Program-made: the position numbers and the translations under genes
Part shown: in pieces, positions 48,988 to 61,374 of the stretch
How the letters are laid out: every line of letters starts with the position of its first letter
How positions within the stretch are numbered: position 1 is the stretch's first letter
Assembly (NCBI RefSeq): GCF_020745735.1
Contig: NW_026867603.1
Span: 1,798,001-1,862,000 of the forward strand
Direction of reading: 5' to 3'
From: Hemiscyllium ocellatum
Lineage: Eukaryota
DNA length: 64,000 nt
The notes under the pieces: model-generated
The model's database searches: none
What the model was told of the DNA's origin: nothing
Seen by the model: only the letters and a program-made list of their open reading frames with translations

Positions 48988-51900
48988 GATGAAAGAAAGA
49001 AAGAAAATGCTCTTGGCTGAGCAAAGAGCAGAAAGGGAGATTGAAAGAGAGAGAAGAAAAAGAATGAGAAGGAAAGTTCTTAGGTGAGCTCAAAGAGAGA
49101 CCATTTGAACTTGTGAAGTTGTGATTAGTCAACAAAGTCAAGTTAACATCATGGAGGTTAAAAGAGAAGTTGGTGATATGCATATGCACACACACACACG
49201 CACAATACTTACTAAATGAAATAAAGCCTTCTCCAATTCATTTTAAAAATTGGCTAGGCAGATGGAGTTGTCCGAAGACTTATGGCTAAGGTTACTTTAG
49301 ATGAAACTGGTAGTCAGGCCTAGTGAGGTAATTGCTGCACTGTTAGATGACGTGTCAAGAGATTATGAAGAGGTTGAACAGGTTAGTTTGGATGCTTATG
49401 AATTGGTACCTGGAGCATATAGACAGTCGTTCAGAAACACAAACAAGAAATCATGTCAGACTAATGTTGAGTTCGAAAGAATTAAGCATCATCATTTTGA
49501 TCGATGGGTGTGTGCTTTGAAAATAGATAAGACCTTTGAGCCTCCAAGAGGCATGATTCTGCTACAGGAGTTAAATGAACTCTTTTCCAGAGATGGTGAC
49601 AATTCGCATGGAGGAACAGAAATTTCAGGAATTGAGAAGGGTAGCAGAACTAGAAGATGAGTACATGTTGGTATATAAGACAAGCTTCCGGCCAGAATTT
49701 CGTCCTGTAAGTTGGGAGTTGCTACACTACTAAACCAAGAGTAGAGAACATTGGTACGTATTTATCAGAGGATTAATAAAAGCTCAAGAGTGCAGAAAAG
49801 ACGTGAAAGGCATCAGGTGTTTCCATTCTGTTCATGTAGGACATATCAAGTCACAGTGCTAGGCGATAAAGAAAGGCACTGCGGCAAAAAGATGTGGTAA
49901 AATAAGCTAAGCAAGTGGCATTAGTGAAGGTAGTAAAGGACACCCCAAGAAGAGCCGAGGAGATACAGGAGGGTGCACAGTCTGGACTAGGGTTTGGTAT
50001 GGAGTTAGTAACAGATCTCTGCAAATAATTCACCTCTGTGAGTAAAGTTTACTGAGAAAGAACAGGGGGAGAAGGACAATTAGATAGAATTTTGAGAGAT
50101 ACAGCGTCTAAACATTTGCTGCTAGTAAGGGATGAGCGAATATGTACACTTTTTGATCTCTTACCCAAGACCACGTTAATTTGTGGGACAAATGGGCAGG
50201 AATTTAGCATTCCCTCTGTAAGATCAGGTTGGAGTGACAACTCAGGAATGGGGAAGCTACAGTGGGAATGATTAACGGAATGTTAGGTCCAGAAATTCAG
50301 TCTGCTTCTGGGAATGATTTGGCAGGATCCAAGCTGGGAGGGCAACCTTTTATTCTGGAGAAATGCAAGGATGCCCAAGCAAATGAGCAATTAATACAGA
50401 AATATTCAGGTATTTTCCCAGTCTCTGTAGTAACCAGATCCCACTATCATAAGTTACAATACGAAGCGAAAAAAAAAGTTGATGGAGTTGAGGTTTAGTT
50501 ACCAGTCACCCTGTTTGATGCAACGATGCAGGAAAAAACCTGAACAGACAGAATGTCAGACAGACGTATTTTGTACTGAAAGGCTATGGGACTTGCAAAA
50601 ACAAGACAAGATGACAAAAGATATACAAGTGGATGTGTACACCGAAAATGCAACAGCGAATATCCAACATGGTTATTATCTTAAAGATAAAATCCTAAGA
50701 AGGAAAAGGAGAACACGGCAAGTTCTTGCAGCGGAGAAATGGGCAGAAGTGCACCAGAATGTATTGTTGGTAGCATAGAGATGGGAAGAGTTATGGGTAG
50801 CATATGAACTAATTATAGAAAGTCACCAAGGGGTGCAATCGACTCAGGCTATTGTACACAACTTTTGTTTCGCCTGAAATGCATAGGATGTGGTTAACTT
50901 CTGCTGTACATGTCATAGATGCTAAATTGTAAGTAACCTACAGACGATAATAAAACCAGCACCTGAGTTACCAATTCCCACATTTGAAGATCGTTTTGCA
51001 CGGGTTGTAATTGTTTGTTTAGTTCCCTTTCAAATTCAACATGTGGGACCCGGTACTTGTTAATGTTAATGGAAGCGTTTACTAGATTTCTGGAGGCAAT
51101 TCCATTCCAGACTATTCAGGCAAAAAAAGGTGTTAATAGCTTTCATCACGCAATACGGGCTATCCAGGGAAATTCAGTCGGGGCAAATTTTACTGCGAGG
51201 CTGATTACGCAGGTTATGGATAGATTAGGAATACAGCCCTTCAAATCCAGTGCATAACATCCTGATCCAAGGGAACTTTAGAAAGATTGCATCAGACCTT
51301 GAAGATTATGGTGAGAGCATACTGTCAGTGTTACCCTACCGATTGTGGTTAAGGTTTCCCATTTATGTTTTAGTTTCCATTACAGAAGCCACAAACGGAT
51401 CTACTAAGTTCACTCCCTTCGTGTTAATATTTGGGCATGAAGTGAGAGCCTCTTTGGAATTATTTGGCGAAACATTTACAGGAGATTGCACACTTAGATT
51501 ATGTTTCGAAGGTGTTGGTGGAATTAAATTGAGAAGGTGAATTAGCTAAACAACACCTAAAGAAGGCACAGTATAGAATGAAGCAGGTGACAGATAAAAG
51601 CTCTGAGACTATGACGTATTCCCGAAGGGGTGACGTATTAGTAATGTAACCAGTGGTCAGTGATCCCTTCAACTCAGTTGTGGTGAAAGAGAGAGAGAGA
51701 AGAGAGAGAGAGAGGATGAAAGAAAGAAAGAGAATGCTCTTGGCTGAGCAAAGACCAGAAAGGGAGATTGAAAGAGAGAGAAGAAAAAGAATGAGAAGGA
51801 AAGTTCTTAGGTGAGCTCAAAGAGAGACCATTTGAACTAGTGAAGTTGTGATTAGTCAACAAAGTCAAATTAACATCATGGAGGTTAAAAGAGAAGTTGG

Positions 51901-54655
51901 TGATATGCATATGCACACACACACACACACACACACACAATACTTACTAAATGAAATAAAGCCTTCTCCAATTCATTTTAAAATTTGGCTAGGCAGATGG
52001 AGATGTCCGAAGACTTATGGCTAAGGTTACTTTAGATGAAACTGGTAGGCAGGCCTAGTGAGGTAATTGCTGCACTGTTAGATGAGGTGTCAAGAGATTA
52101 TGAAGAGGTTGAACAGGTTAGTTTGGATGCTTATGAATTGGTACCTGGAGCATATAGACAGTCGTTCAGAAACACAAACAAGAAATCATGTCAGACTAAT
52201 GTTGAGTTCGAAAGAATTAAGCATCACCATTTTGATCGATGGGTGTGTGCTTTGAAAATAGATAAGACCTTTGAGGCTCCAAGAGGCAGGATTCTGCTAC
52301 AGGAGTTAAATGAACTCTTTTGCAGTGATGGTGACAATTCGCATGGAGGAACAGAAATTTCAGGAATTGAGAAGGGTAGCAGAACTAGAAGATGAGTACA
52401 TGTTGGTGTATAAGACAAGCTTCTGGCCAGAATTTCGTCCTGTAAGTTGGGAGTTGCTACACTACTAAATCAAGAGTAGAGAACATTGGTACGTATTTAT
52501 CAGAGGATTAATAAAAGCTCAAGAGTGCAGAAAAGAGGTGAAAGGCATCAGGTGTTTCCATTCTGTTCATGTTGGACATATCAAGTCACAGTGCTAGGCG
52601 ATAAAGAAAGGCACTGCGGCAAAAAGATGTGGTAAAATAAGCTAAGCAAGTGGCATTAGTGAAGTTAGTAAAGGACACCCCAAGAAGAGCCGAGGAGATT
52701 CAGGAGGGTGCACAGTCTGGACTGGAGTTTAGTATGGAGTTAGTAACAGATCTCTGCAAATAATTCACCTCTGTGAGTAAAGTTTACTGAGAAAGAACAG
52801 GGGGAGAAGGACAAGTAGATAGAATTTTGAGAGATACAGCGTCTAAACATTTGCTGCTAGTAAGGGATGAGCGAATATGTACACTTTTTGATCTCTTACC
52901 CAAGACCACATTAATTTGTGGGACAAATGGGCAGGAATTTAGCATTCCCTCTGTAAGATCAGGTTGGAGTGACAACTCAGGAATGGGGAAGCTACAGTGG
53001 GAATGATTAACGGAATGTTAGTTCCAGAAATTCAGTCTGCTTCTGGGAATGATTTGGCAGGATCCAAGCTGGGAGGGCAACCTTTTATTCTGGAGAAATG
53101 CAAGGATGCCCAAGCAAATGAGCAATTAATACAGAAATATTCAGGTATTTTCCCAGTCTCTGTAGTAACCAGATCCCACTATCATAAGTTACAATACGAA
53201 GCGAAAAAAAAGTTGATGGAGTTGAGGTTTAGTTACCAGTCACCCTGTTTGATGCAACGATGCAGGAAAAAACCTGAACAGACAGAATGTCAGACAGACG
53301 TATTTTGTACTGAAAGGCTATGGGACTTGCAAAAACAAGACAAGATGACAAAAGATATACAAGTGGATGTGTACACCGAAAATGCAACAGCAAATATCCA
53401 ACATGGTTATTATCTTAAAGATAAAATCCTTAGAAGGAAAAGGAGAACACGGCAAGTTCTTGCAGCGGAGAAATGGGCAGACGTGCACCAGAATGTATTG
53501 TTGGTAGCATAGAGATGGGAAGAGCTTTGGGTAGCATATGAACTAATTATGGAAAGTCACCAAGGGGTACAATCGACTCAGGTTATTGTACACAACTTTT
53601 GTTTCGCCTGAAATGCATAGGATGTGGTTAACTTCTGCTGTACATGTCATAGATGCTAAATTGTAAGTAACTTACAGACGATAATAAAACCAGCACCTGT
53701 GTTACCAATTCCCACATTTGAGGATCGTTTTGCACGGGTTGTAATTGTTTGTTTAGTTCCCTTTCAAGTTCAACATGTGGGATCCAGTACTTGTTAATGT
53801 TAATGGAAGCGTTTACTAGATTTCTGGAGGCATTCCAGACTATTCAGGCAAAAAAAGGTGTTAATAGCTTTCATCACGCAATACGGGCTATCCAGGGAAA
53901 TTCAGTCGGAGCAAATTTTACTGCGAGGCTGATTACGCAGGTTATGGATAGATTAGGAATACAGCACTTCAAATCCAGTGCATAACATCCTGATCCAAGG
54001 GAACTTTAGAAAGATTGCATCAGACCTTGAAGATTATGGCGAGAGCATACTGTCAGTGTTACCCTACCGATTGTGGTTAAGGTTTCCCATTTATGTTTTA
54101 GTTTCCATTACAGAAGCCACAAACGAATCTATTAAGTTCACTCCCTTCGTGTTAATATTTGGGCATGAAGTGAGAGCCTCTTTGGAATTATTTGGCGAAA
54201 CATTTACAGGAGATTTTACACTTGGATTATGTTTCGAAGGTGATGGAGGAATTAAATTGAGAAGGTGAATTAGCTAAACAACACCTAAAGAAGGCACAGT
54301 ATAGAATGAAGCAGGTGACAGATTAAAGCTCTGAGACTATGACGTATTCCCGAAGGGGTGACGTATTAGTAATGTAACCAGTGGTCAGTGATCCCTTCAA
54401 GTCAGTTGTGGTGCTCTGTGTCAAATTGAGAAAAAAACTGAATCAGGTTGACTTTCTGGTAAAGACACGAGATAGGAAAAGGAAATGTATTGGCTCTGTC
54501 CTGTGAACATCATAAAAACGCATTATACCAGTGAGAAATAAGTGGAGAAACAATTGTCAGTTGCTGCGCCCCAGAGTTTGGAAACAAATTCATATGATAT
54601 GGTTTTTGGTGTGCCTCAAACTAGATTAAAAAAATGAATAAGTCACTGAGATGTG
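48721..54655 (+). mobile_element. Decayed Gypsy element 3 gag-PR-INT, with internal tandem duplication
   Basis: 'AYELVPGAYRQSFRN..FERIKHHHFDRW', 'LRDT' protease-like motif, 'TRFLEAIP' integrase. Confidence 0.88.
48961..54413 (+). repeat. ~2.73-kb tandem duplication (48961-51685 / 51686-54413)
   Basis: Paired ORFs offset 2728-2735 bp with the same disabling mutations. Confidence 0.95.
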
Positions 54656-54827
54656 GTGTAGAACATAGAATATCACAGTGCCATACAAGCCCTTCAGCAC
54701 TCGATGTTGCTTTGACCTGTGATTTCAATATGAAGCCCATATAACCTCCAATATTTCATTCTAGTCCATATGCCTCTCCAATGACCATTTAAATGTCCTT
54801 AAATTCAGCGCGTCTAATACTGGTGCA

Positions 54828-57736
54828 AATGTGTTGCTGGTCAAAGCACAGCAGGTTAGGCAGCATCTCAGGAATAGAGAATTCGACGTTTCGAGCATGA
54901 GCCCTTCATCAGGAATAAGAGAGAGAGCCAAGCAGGCTAAGATAAAAGGTAGGGAGGAGGGACTAGGGGGAGGGGCGATGGAGGTGGGATAGGTGGAAGG
55001 AGGTCAAGGTGAGGGTGATAGGCCGGAGTGGGGGGGGGGCGGAGCGGTCAGGAAGAGGATTGCAGGTTCGGAGGGCGGTGCTGAGTTGAGGGAACCGACT
55101 GAGACACGGTGGGGGGAGGGGAAATGAGGAAGCTGGAGAAATCTGAATTCATACCTTGTGGTTGGAGGGTTCCCAGGCGGAAGATGAGGCGCTCCTCCTC
55201 CAGCCGTCGTGTAGTTGTGTTCTGCCGGTGGAGGAGTCCAAGGACCAGCATGTCCTCGGTGGAGTGGGAGGGGGAGTTAAAGTGTTGAGCCACGGGGTGA
55301 TTGGGTTGGTTGGTTCGGGCGGCCCAGAGGTGTTCTCTGAAGCGTTCCGCAAGTAAGCGGCCTGTCTCACCAATATAGAGGAGGCCACATCGGGTTGCAG
55401 CGGATGCAATAGATGATGTGTGTGGAGGTACAGGTGAACTTGTGGCGGATATGGAAGGATCCCTTGGGGCCTTGGAGGGAAGTGAGTGTGGAGGTGTGGG
55501 CGCAAGTTTTACATTCCTGCGGTTGCAGGGGAAGGTGCCGGGGGTGGAGGTTGGGTTGGTGGGGGGTGTGGATCTGACAAGGGAGTCACGAAGGGAGTGG
55601 TCCTTGCGGAACGCTGATAGGGGAGGGGAGGGAAATATATCCTTGGTGGTGGGGTCCGTTTGGAGGTGGCGGAAATGGCGGCGAATAATACGTTGTATGC
55701 GCAGGTTGGTGGGGTGGTAGGTGAGAACCAGTGGGGTTCTGTCTTGGTGGCGGTTGGAGGAGCGGGGCTCAAGGGTGGAGGAGCGGGAAGTGGAGGAGAT
55801 GCGGTGGAGGGTATCGTCGATCACGTCTGGGGGGAATCTGCGGTCCTTGAAGAAGGAGGCCATCTGGGCTGTGCGGTGTTGGAATTGGTCCTCCTGGGAG
55901 CAGATGCGGCGGAGACGAAGGAATTGGGAATATGGGATGGCGTTTTTACAGGGGGCAGGGTGGGAGGAGGTGTAGTCCAGGTAGCTGTGGGAGTCAGTCG
56001 GTTTATAATAGATGTCTGTGTTGAGTCGGTCGCCCGAGATAGAAATGGAAAGGTCTAGGAAGGGGGAGGGAGGAGTCTGAGACAGTCCAGGTGAATTTAA
56101 GGTCGGGATGGAAGGTGTTAGTAAAGTTGATGAACTGTTCAACCTCCTCGTGGGAGTACGAGGCAGCGCCGATACAGTCATCGATGTAGCGGAGGAAAAG
56201 GTGGGGGGTGGTGCCAGTGTAGTTGCGGAAGATGGACTGTTCCACATATCCTACGAAGAGGCAAGCATAGCTGGGGCCCATGCGGGTGCCCATGGCAACT
56301 CCTTTAGTTTGGAGGAAGTGGGAGGATTGAAAAGAGAAGTTATTCAGGGTGAGGACCAGTTCAGTCAGTCGAAGGAGGGTGTCAGTGGAAGGGTACTGGT
56401 TGGTGAGGCGGGAAAGGAAGAAGCGGAGGGCTTTGAGTCCTTCGTGATGGGGGATGGAGGTGTACAGGGACTGGATGTCCATAGTGAAAATAAGGCGTTG
56501 GGGACCGGGGAAGCGAAACTCCTGGAGGAGGTGGAGGGCGTGGGTGGTGTCCCGAACGTAGGTGGGGAGTTCTTGGACTAAAGGGGACAGGACCGTGTCG
56601 AGGTATTGGGAGATGAGTTCGGTGGGGCAGGAGCAGGCTGAGACAATGGGTCGGCCGGGGCAGGCAGGTTTGTGGATTTTGGGCAGGAGGTAGAAACGGG
56701 CGGTGCGGGGTTGTGGGACTATGAGGTTGGAGGCGGTGGATGGGAGATCCCCTGAGGTGATGAGGTCCTGGATGGTCTGGGAGATGATGGTTTGGTGGTG
56801 GGAGGTGGGGTCGTGGTCAAGGGGGGCGATAAGAGGAGGCGTCCGCGAGCTGGCGTTTGGCTTCAGCGGTGTACAGGTCAGTGCGCCAAACTACCACCGC
56901 GCCTCCCTTGTCTGCGGGTTTGATGGTGAGGTTGGGATTGGAGCGGAGGGAGTGGAGGGCTGCACGTTCTGAGGGTGAGAGGTTGGAGTGGGTGAGAGGG
57001 GTGGACAGGTTGAGTCGGTTGATGTCACGGCGGCAGTTGGCTATAAAGAGGTCGAGGGCGGGTAGGAGGCCTGCACGGGGTGTCCAGGTGGATGGGGTGA
57101 GTTGGAGGCGAGAGAAGGGGTCGTCAGAGGGTGGGTGGGAGTCTTGGTTGTGAAAGTAGGCACGGAGGCGAAGGCGGCGGAAGAATTGTTCAATATCTCG
57201 CCGCGTGTTGAACTCATTAATCCGAGGGCGTAGGGGAACGAAGGTGAGGCCCCTGCTGAGGACTGATCTTTCATCCTCAGAGAGGGGGAGATCTGGAGGG
57301 ATGGTGAAAATCCGGCAAGGCTGGGAGCTAGGACCTGGTGTGGGACTGGAGCTGGAGCTGGAGCTGGGGGGGGGGTTTGGGGGGGGGGACAGAGATCGAA
57401 GTAGGGGCGGAGTTAGACGTGGTGACGTTGCTCGACGTGGGGGCGGGGTCATGCGTCGTGACGGAAATAAGCGTGGGGGCGGGGTTACGTGAAGCGACGG
57501 GAGATGGCGTGGGGGCGGGGTTATGGGCGGGGTTATGCGTAGTGACGAAAGACGGCGTGGGGGCGGGGAAACCTGAGGATTTGTGCTCCTGCAGGTTAGT
57601 GATGTCAGTGGGGGCGGAAGTGGCTGCGTCGACGGCAACCGGAGGGGCGGAAATGGTTGCGGCGACGGAGGAGTGGTGGTCATTCCCGGTGGCCGCGTGG
57701 GTCGCGGGTCCGTCGGCGTTCGTGGAAGCGGTTGTG
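54828..57736 (-). mobile_element. Young, near-intact, 5'-truncated Penelope-like element
   Basis: RT 'DIQSLYTSIP','GVAMGTRMGPSYA','RYIDD'; GIY-YIG 'LYIGETGRLLAERFREH'; TSD CTGGTGCA at 54820-54827 and 57737-57744; about 4 single-base indels. Confidence 0.95.
54881..54916 (-). ncRNA. Minimal hammerhead ribozyme in the PLE 3' terminus
   Basis: AUUC-CUGAUGA-A-GGGC-UCAU-GCUC-GAAA-CGUC-GAAU. Confidence 0.85.
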
Positions 57737-58193
57737 CTGGTGCAGGCAGTGTGTTCCACCCCGCTACTACTCTCTGAGTTAAAAAAAACACTACGTCTGA
57801 TGTATGTGCAATATGTGTCTTCCCTCAATTTAACGTTATGTACCTTCGTGCTAGCCATCACCTTCCAATGAAAACTGCTGCTACTTTCCACCAGATCTAA
57901 CCCTCCTATTATCTTATATGTCCCAATTAAATCAACTCCCAGCCTTCCTTTCTCTAATGAAAGCAGCATCAAGTCCCCCTGCGTTTCCTCATAAGACCTT
58001 CCTGCCACACAGGCAACATCCTTGTAAATCTCTTCTGCAGCCTTCGCAAAGCTTCCACATCGTTCCTAAAATGCAGTGACCAGAACTGTATACAATACTC
58101 CAAGTGCGGCCGCACCAGAGTTTTGTGCAGCTGCAGCATGATCGTGTGGTTCCGAAAGCCACTCTCTGCACTAATAAAAGCTAAGACATCGTA

Positions 58194-58413
58194 CGTGAGC
58201 ATGCATTGCTGGAAAAGCACAGCAAGTTAGGCAGCATCCGACGTGCAAGATAATCGACGTTTTGGGATGGATCCCTTCCGCAGGAATGAGGAAGGGCTCT
58301 GGCGTGAAACATCGATTTTCCTGCTCCTCAGATGCTTCTTGACCTGCTGTGCTTTCCAGCAACACAGTCTCAGTTCTGATCTCTAGCACCTGCAGAGATC
58401 AGTGTCTCCTCAA
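58194..58413. mobile_element. Palindromic PLE-tail mini-element
   Basis: Inverted arms; TSD ACATCGTA at 58186-58193 and 58414-58421. Confidence 0.8.
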
Positions 58414-59059
58414 ACATCGTATGCCTTTTTAGCAACCCCATCAACTTGGGTGGCAACTTTCAAGGATCTATATGCCCGGACACTGAGATCTCTCTGCTCA
58501 TCTACACTACCCAGAACCTTACCCAGTACTCAGCATTCCTGTTACTCCTTCCAAAGTGAATTTCATCTCACACTTCTCCTCATTAAATTCCATTTGCCAC
58601 CACTCAGCTCAGCGCTGTCGATTTATCTATATACCTCTGTTCCCTGCTCTGTGCACAACTCTACTGTCAATAGAGTCTTCCAAAAATTTGCATCCCATCC
58701 TTCTACGCCCTTATCCAGGTCATTTATAAAAGTGGTAAACAGCAGTGTACACAAAAGAGATACTTGTAGTCCGCCACACGTAGCTAAATTCCATGATGAG
58801 CATTCCCAATTAACCACGAGCCTGTGCCTTCTTCACCATGACAATTTCTCATCCAACAAATCAAATCATCTCGACCCTGTGCCTCCGTATTTTGTGTTAC
58901 AGCATACCGTGGAAAAGTTAGCAAGCATCTTACTGAAATCCATTTACATTACATCAACCGCATTATCCTCACCCACTTGTTGGTCACCTTTCCAAGGACT
59001 CAATAAGGACTGTGTGGCACGACCTACCTTTCATAAAACAGTGTTGAATTTCTAACCAT

Positions 59060-60350
59060 GATAGATCAGTAAACTAACTCTGTCATGGGCATAATATGCA
59101 GTCAAAATAATTGTAACTGTAACTTGTAAGAATCAGATGGGGAGGGCTAATGGACATAAATCAGACGTAGGGAAACCTGCTCCGATAATTTAACACCCCG
59201 ATTGGCTTAATCCTTTCAAAGTCACACAGGTCCAGAAGGAGTTGGAGGTCAGCTCGACGATGATATCATCGATCCAAGTCAGAGCGACTGGAATATCTTT
59301 GAATCGAATCAGAGCGGCTGAACTTTTCTGATCGTCTTAGTTCACTAAACTGACTGGATTCAATGATTCTGCATTGATTATCGGAAGGTCAATTTCATTA
59401 AAAAATTGGATTCATATCCAATTCCAAATGGGAGGACTATAGCGAGAAAGTCGAATGTTACATCACCAAGTTCGACTTACAGAGTGGCAGGCAGCTATTT
59501 ATTTCAGAGACTACGAAATAAATTTCTGCATTTGAAATCGCAAATAGGCTAAATCAAATTGAAGTGGAAACAAAAACGCACCTGCCACATTCCACAGACT
59601 CATCAACAGAGTTGTGGCGGGGTTAACGCACTATGCAGTCCATTTTGATGATGTAGTGATTTTTATTACGTCCTGGAAAGATCACATGGGAAAGTTGGCA
59701 GAGCTCATTGAAGGACTATGTGAAGCAAAACTTGTCATATACTTAAACAAAACTGAATTCGCAAAAGCACAGGTGGCATTCCTGGGACATAACATCGGTC
59801 ATGGAAGGTTGACCGCACGGAACACAAAGACAAAGGCCATCGAGGAATTTACACGAACAACCTCAAAGAAAGAGGTTATTTTTTAATTCTTCGGACTTAG
59901 TAGATTCAATTGGAAGCATGTTCCAATCTTCAGCAGAGTTGTGGCACTGTTAAACAATTTGTTGAAGACAAACACGAAATTTCGGTGGTCATAACAATGA
60001 CAGGAGGCATTCGACCATTTGAAAGCCATATTAATCACCAAACCTGTTTTACCTACACCAAACATTGCAATCGATGCTAGTTACATAGGAGATGGAGTTG
60101 TACTGCTACAGGAAAAATAGGATGGGATTGAACTGCGTGTTGGTTACGTTTCGAAGAAGCTCAACATCCACCAGAGGAAATACTCCACGATCGAAAAAAG
60201 TGCTGAGTTTGCCACTGGCCTTACCACGTTTTAATGTTTATGTCACGAGCAATGTGTCAGATTCGTTTGTGTACACGAACAAAAATTGTCTTATGTTCTT
60301 CAATGGGTTTAAAGACAAGAATATGGGACTATTTCGTTGGAGTCCTATGC
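59060..60350 (+). mobile_element. Gypsy element 3 continuation (RT, RNase H)
   Basis: 'AVHFDDVVIF..WKDH', 'FLGHNIG', 'IDASYIG'. Confidence 0.85.
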
Positions 60351-60521
60351 AGATGTCATTTCTTTCTCTGGTTTCCCTTCGTGAGAATTCCAAAGAAAAA
60401 TGTAAATTGCAAAGTGAAATTACTATAAACAATATAACACATCAATTCCTAAACTCATCTTCCAACAGTTTTCATTCCAGCTTTTTTTTTAACTGAAACA
60501 TTTTGGTTCTATTGTCTGGAA

Positions 60522-60670
60522 CACACACATGCACACACACACAGACACACACAGACACACACATATACACACACGCACACACACACATACAGACACACAC
60601 TCCCGCACTCGCATGCCGGCAGCCACACACAAGCACATGTACACTCTCACACATGCGCACACGTGCACAT
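60522..60670 (+). repeat. Imperfect (CA)n-rich tract
   Basis: CA/CACG/CACAT runs. Confidence 0.85.
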
Positions 60671-61374
60671 GCGTGCAGTGATTCATTTTGATGTTCTCAA
60701 TTGCTTTCTTGATGTTCTATTTCTGCAATTTTGGATAACACTCGCTTGACAACAATACTTTTCTTGCCCTATGTATATTTCTACAGCACTGACATGTTAT
60801 GTATATCTCCGCCATCTCCTTCACCAACTGAACTCTATTTACTGGTTCTCAAACCTCATTAAAAGAAATGTAAATAAAAGAGTCTTCCAGAATTGGCAAC
60901 GCAACTTCGAGCTCAAAAATGAAACTCCAAAACTGAACTGTTAGCCTTCTTAACACATAAAATGCAAAACACAAATTGAACTTAAAGATACTCATTTTCT
61001 TAAAATTTGAATTCCTATGTCGCCTGGAGGATTCAACTTAATTCTTGATTTGTCGTAAGTCCTTTGTTGCAGGTTAACTGCTTGAGAATCTTTGATTTCA
61101 TCTTGTCTCCATAAATGAATAAAGGTGATACATTTGCGATTTAGCAATATGTTCTAACACTTCCAGAAATTCAAGGAAGATGGAAAAGTCTACCCGTGTT
61201 GCCAAAACTTTATTTAAAATCATAACATTTTGGCATCTGGCCCTCAGAATTTGACAATCTTTAGGTCCACGAGTTTGAAAGAACTTTTTCCCTGTTTATG
61301 GACAGTGCTTTAAGTGAAAACTTTATTAATTTTCAGATGTCCTTTGAAAAGTTTCAATGTTTTCGGATCAAAGA

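Larger units (their letters stand above)
54655..59055 (-). mobile_element. CR1 3' portion (54655-54827 + 57737-59055), split by a Penelope element
   Basis: Tail 'gaacatagaa' at 54661; 'LQLHKTLVRPHLEYCIQFWS', 'FINDLDKGVEG'. Confidence 0.88.

Noticed and set aside
55048-58008. Long Pro-rich or Gly-rich overlapping ORFs
   Set aside because: Alternative frames and antisense of the GC-skewed Penelope element
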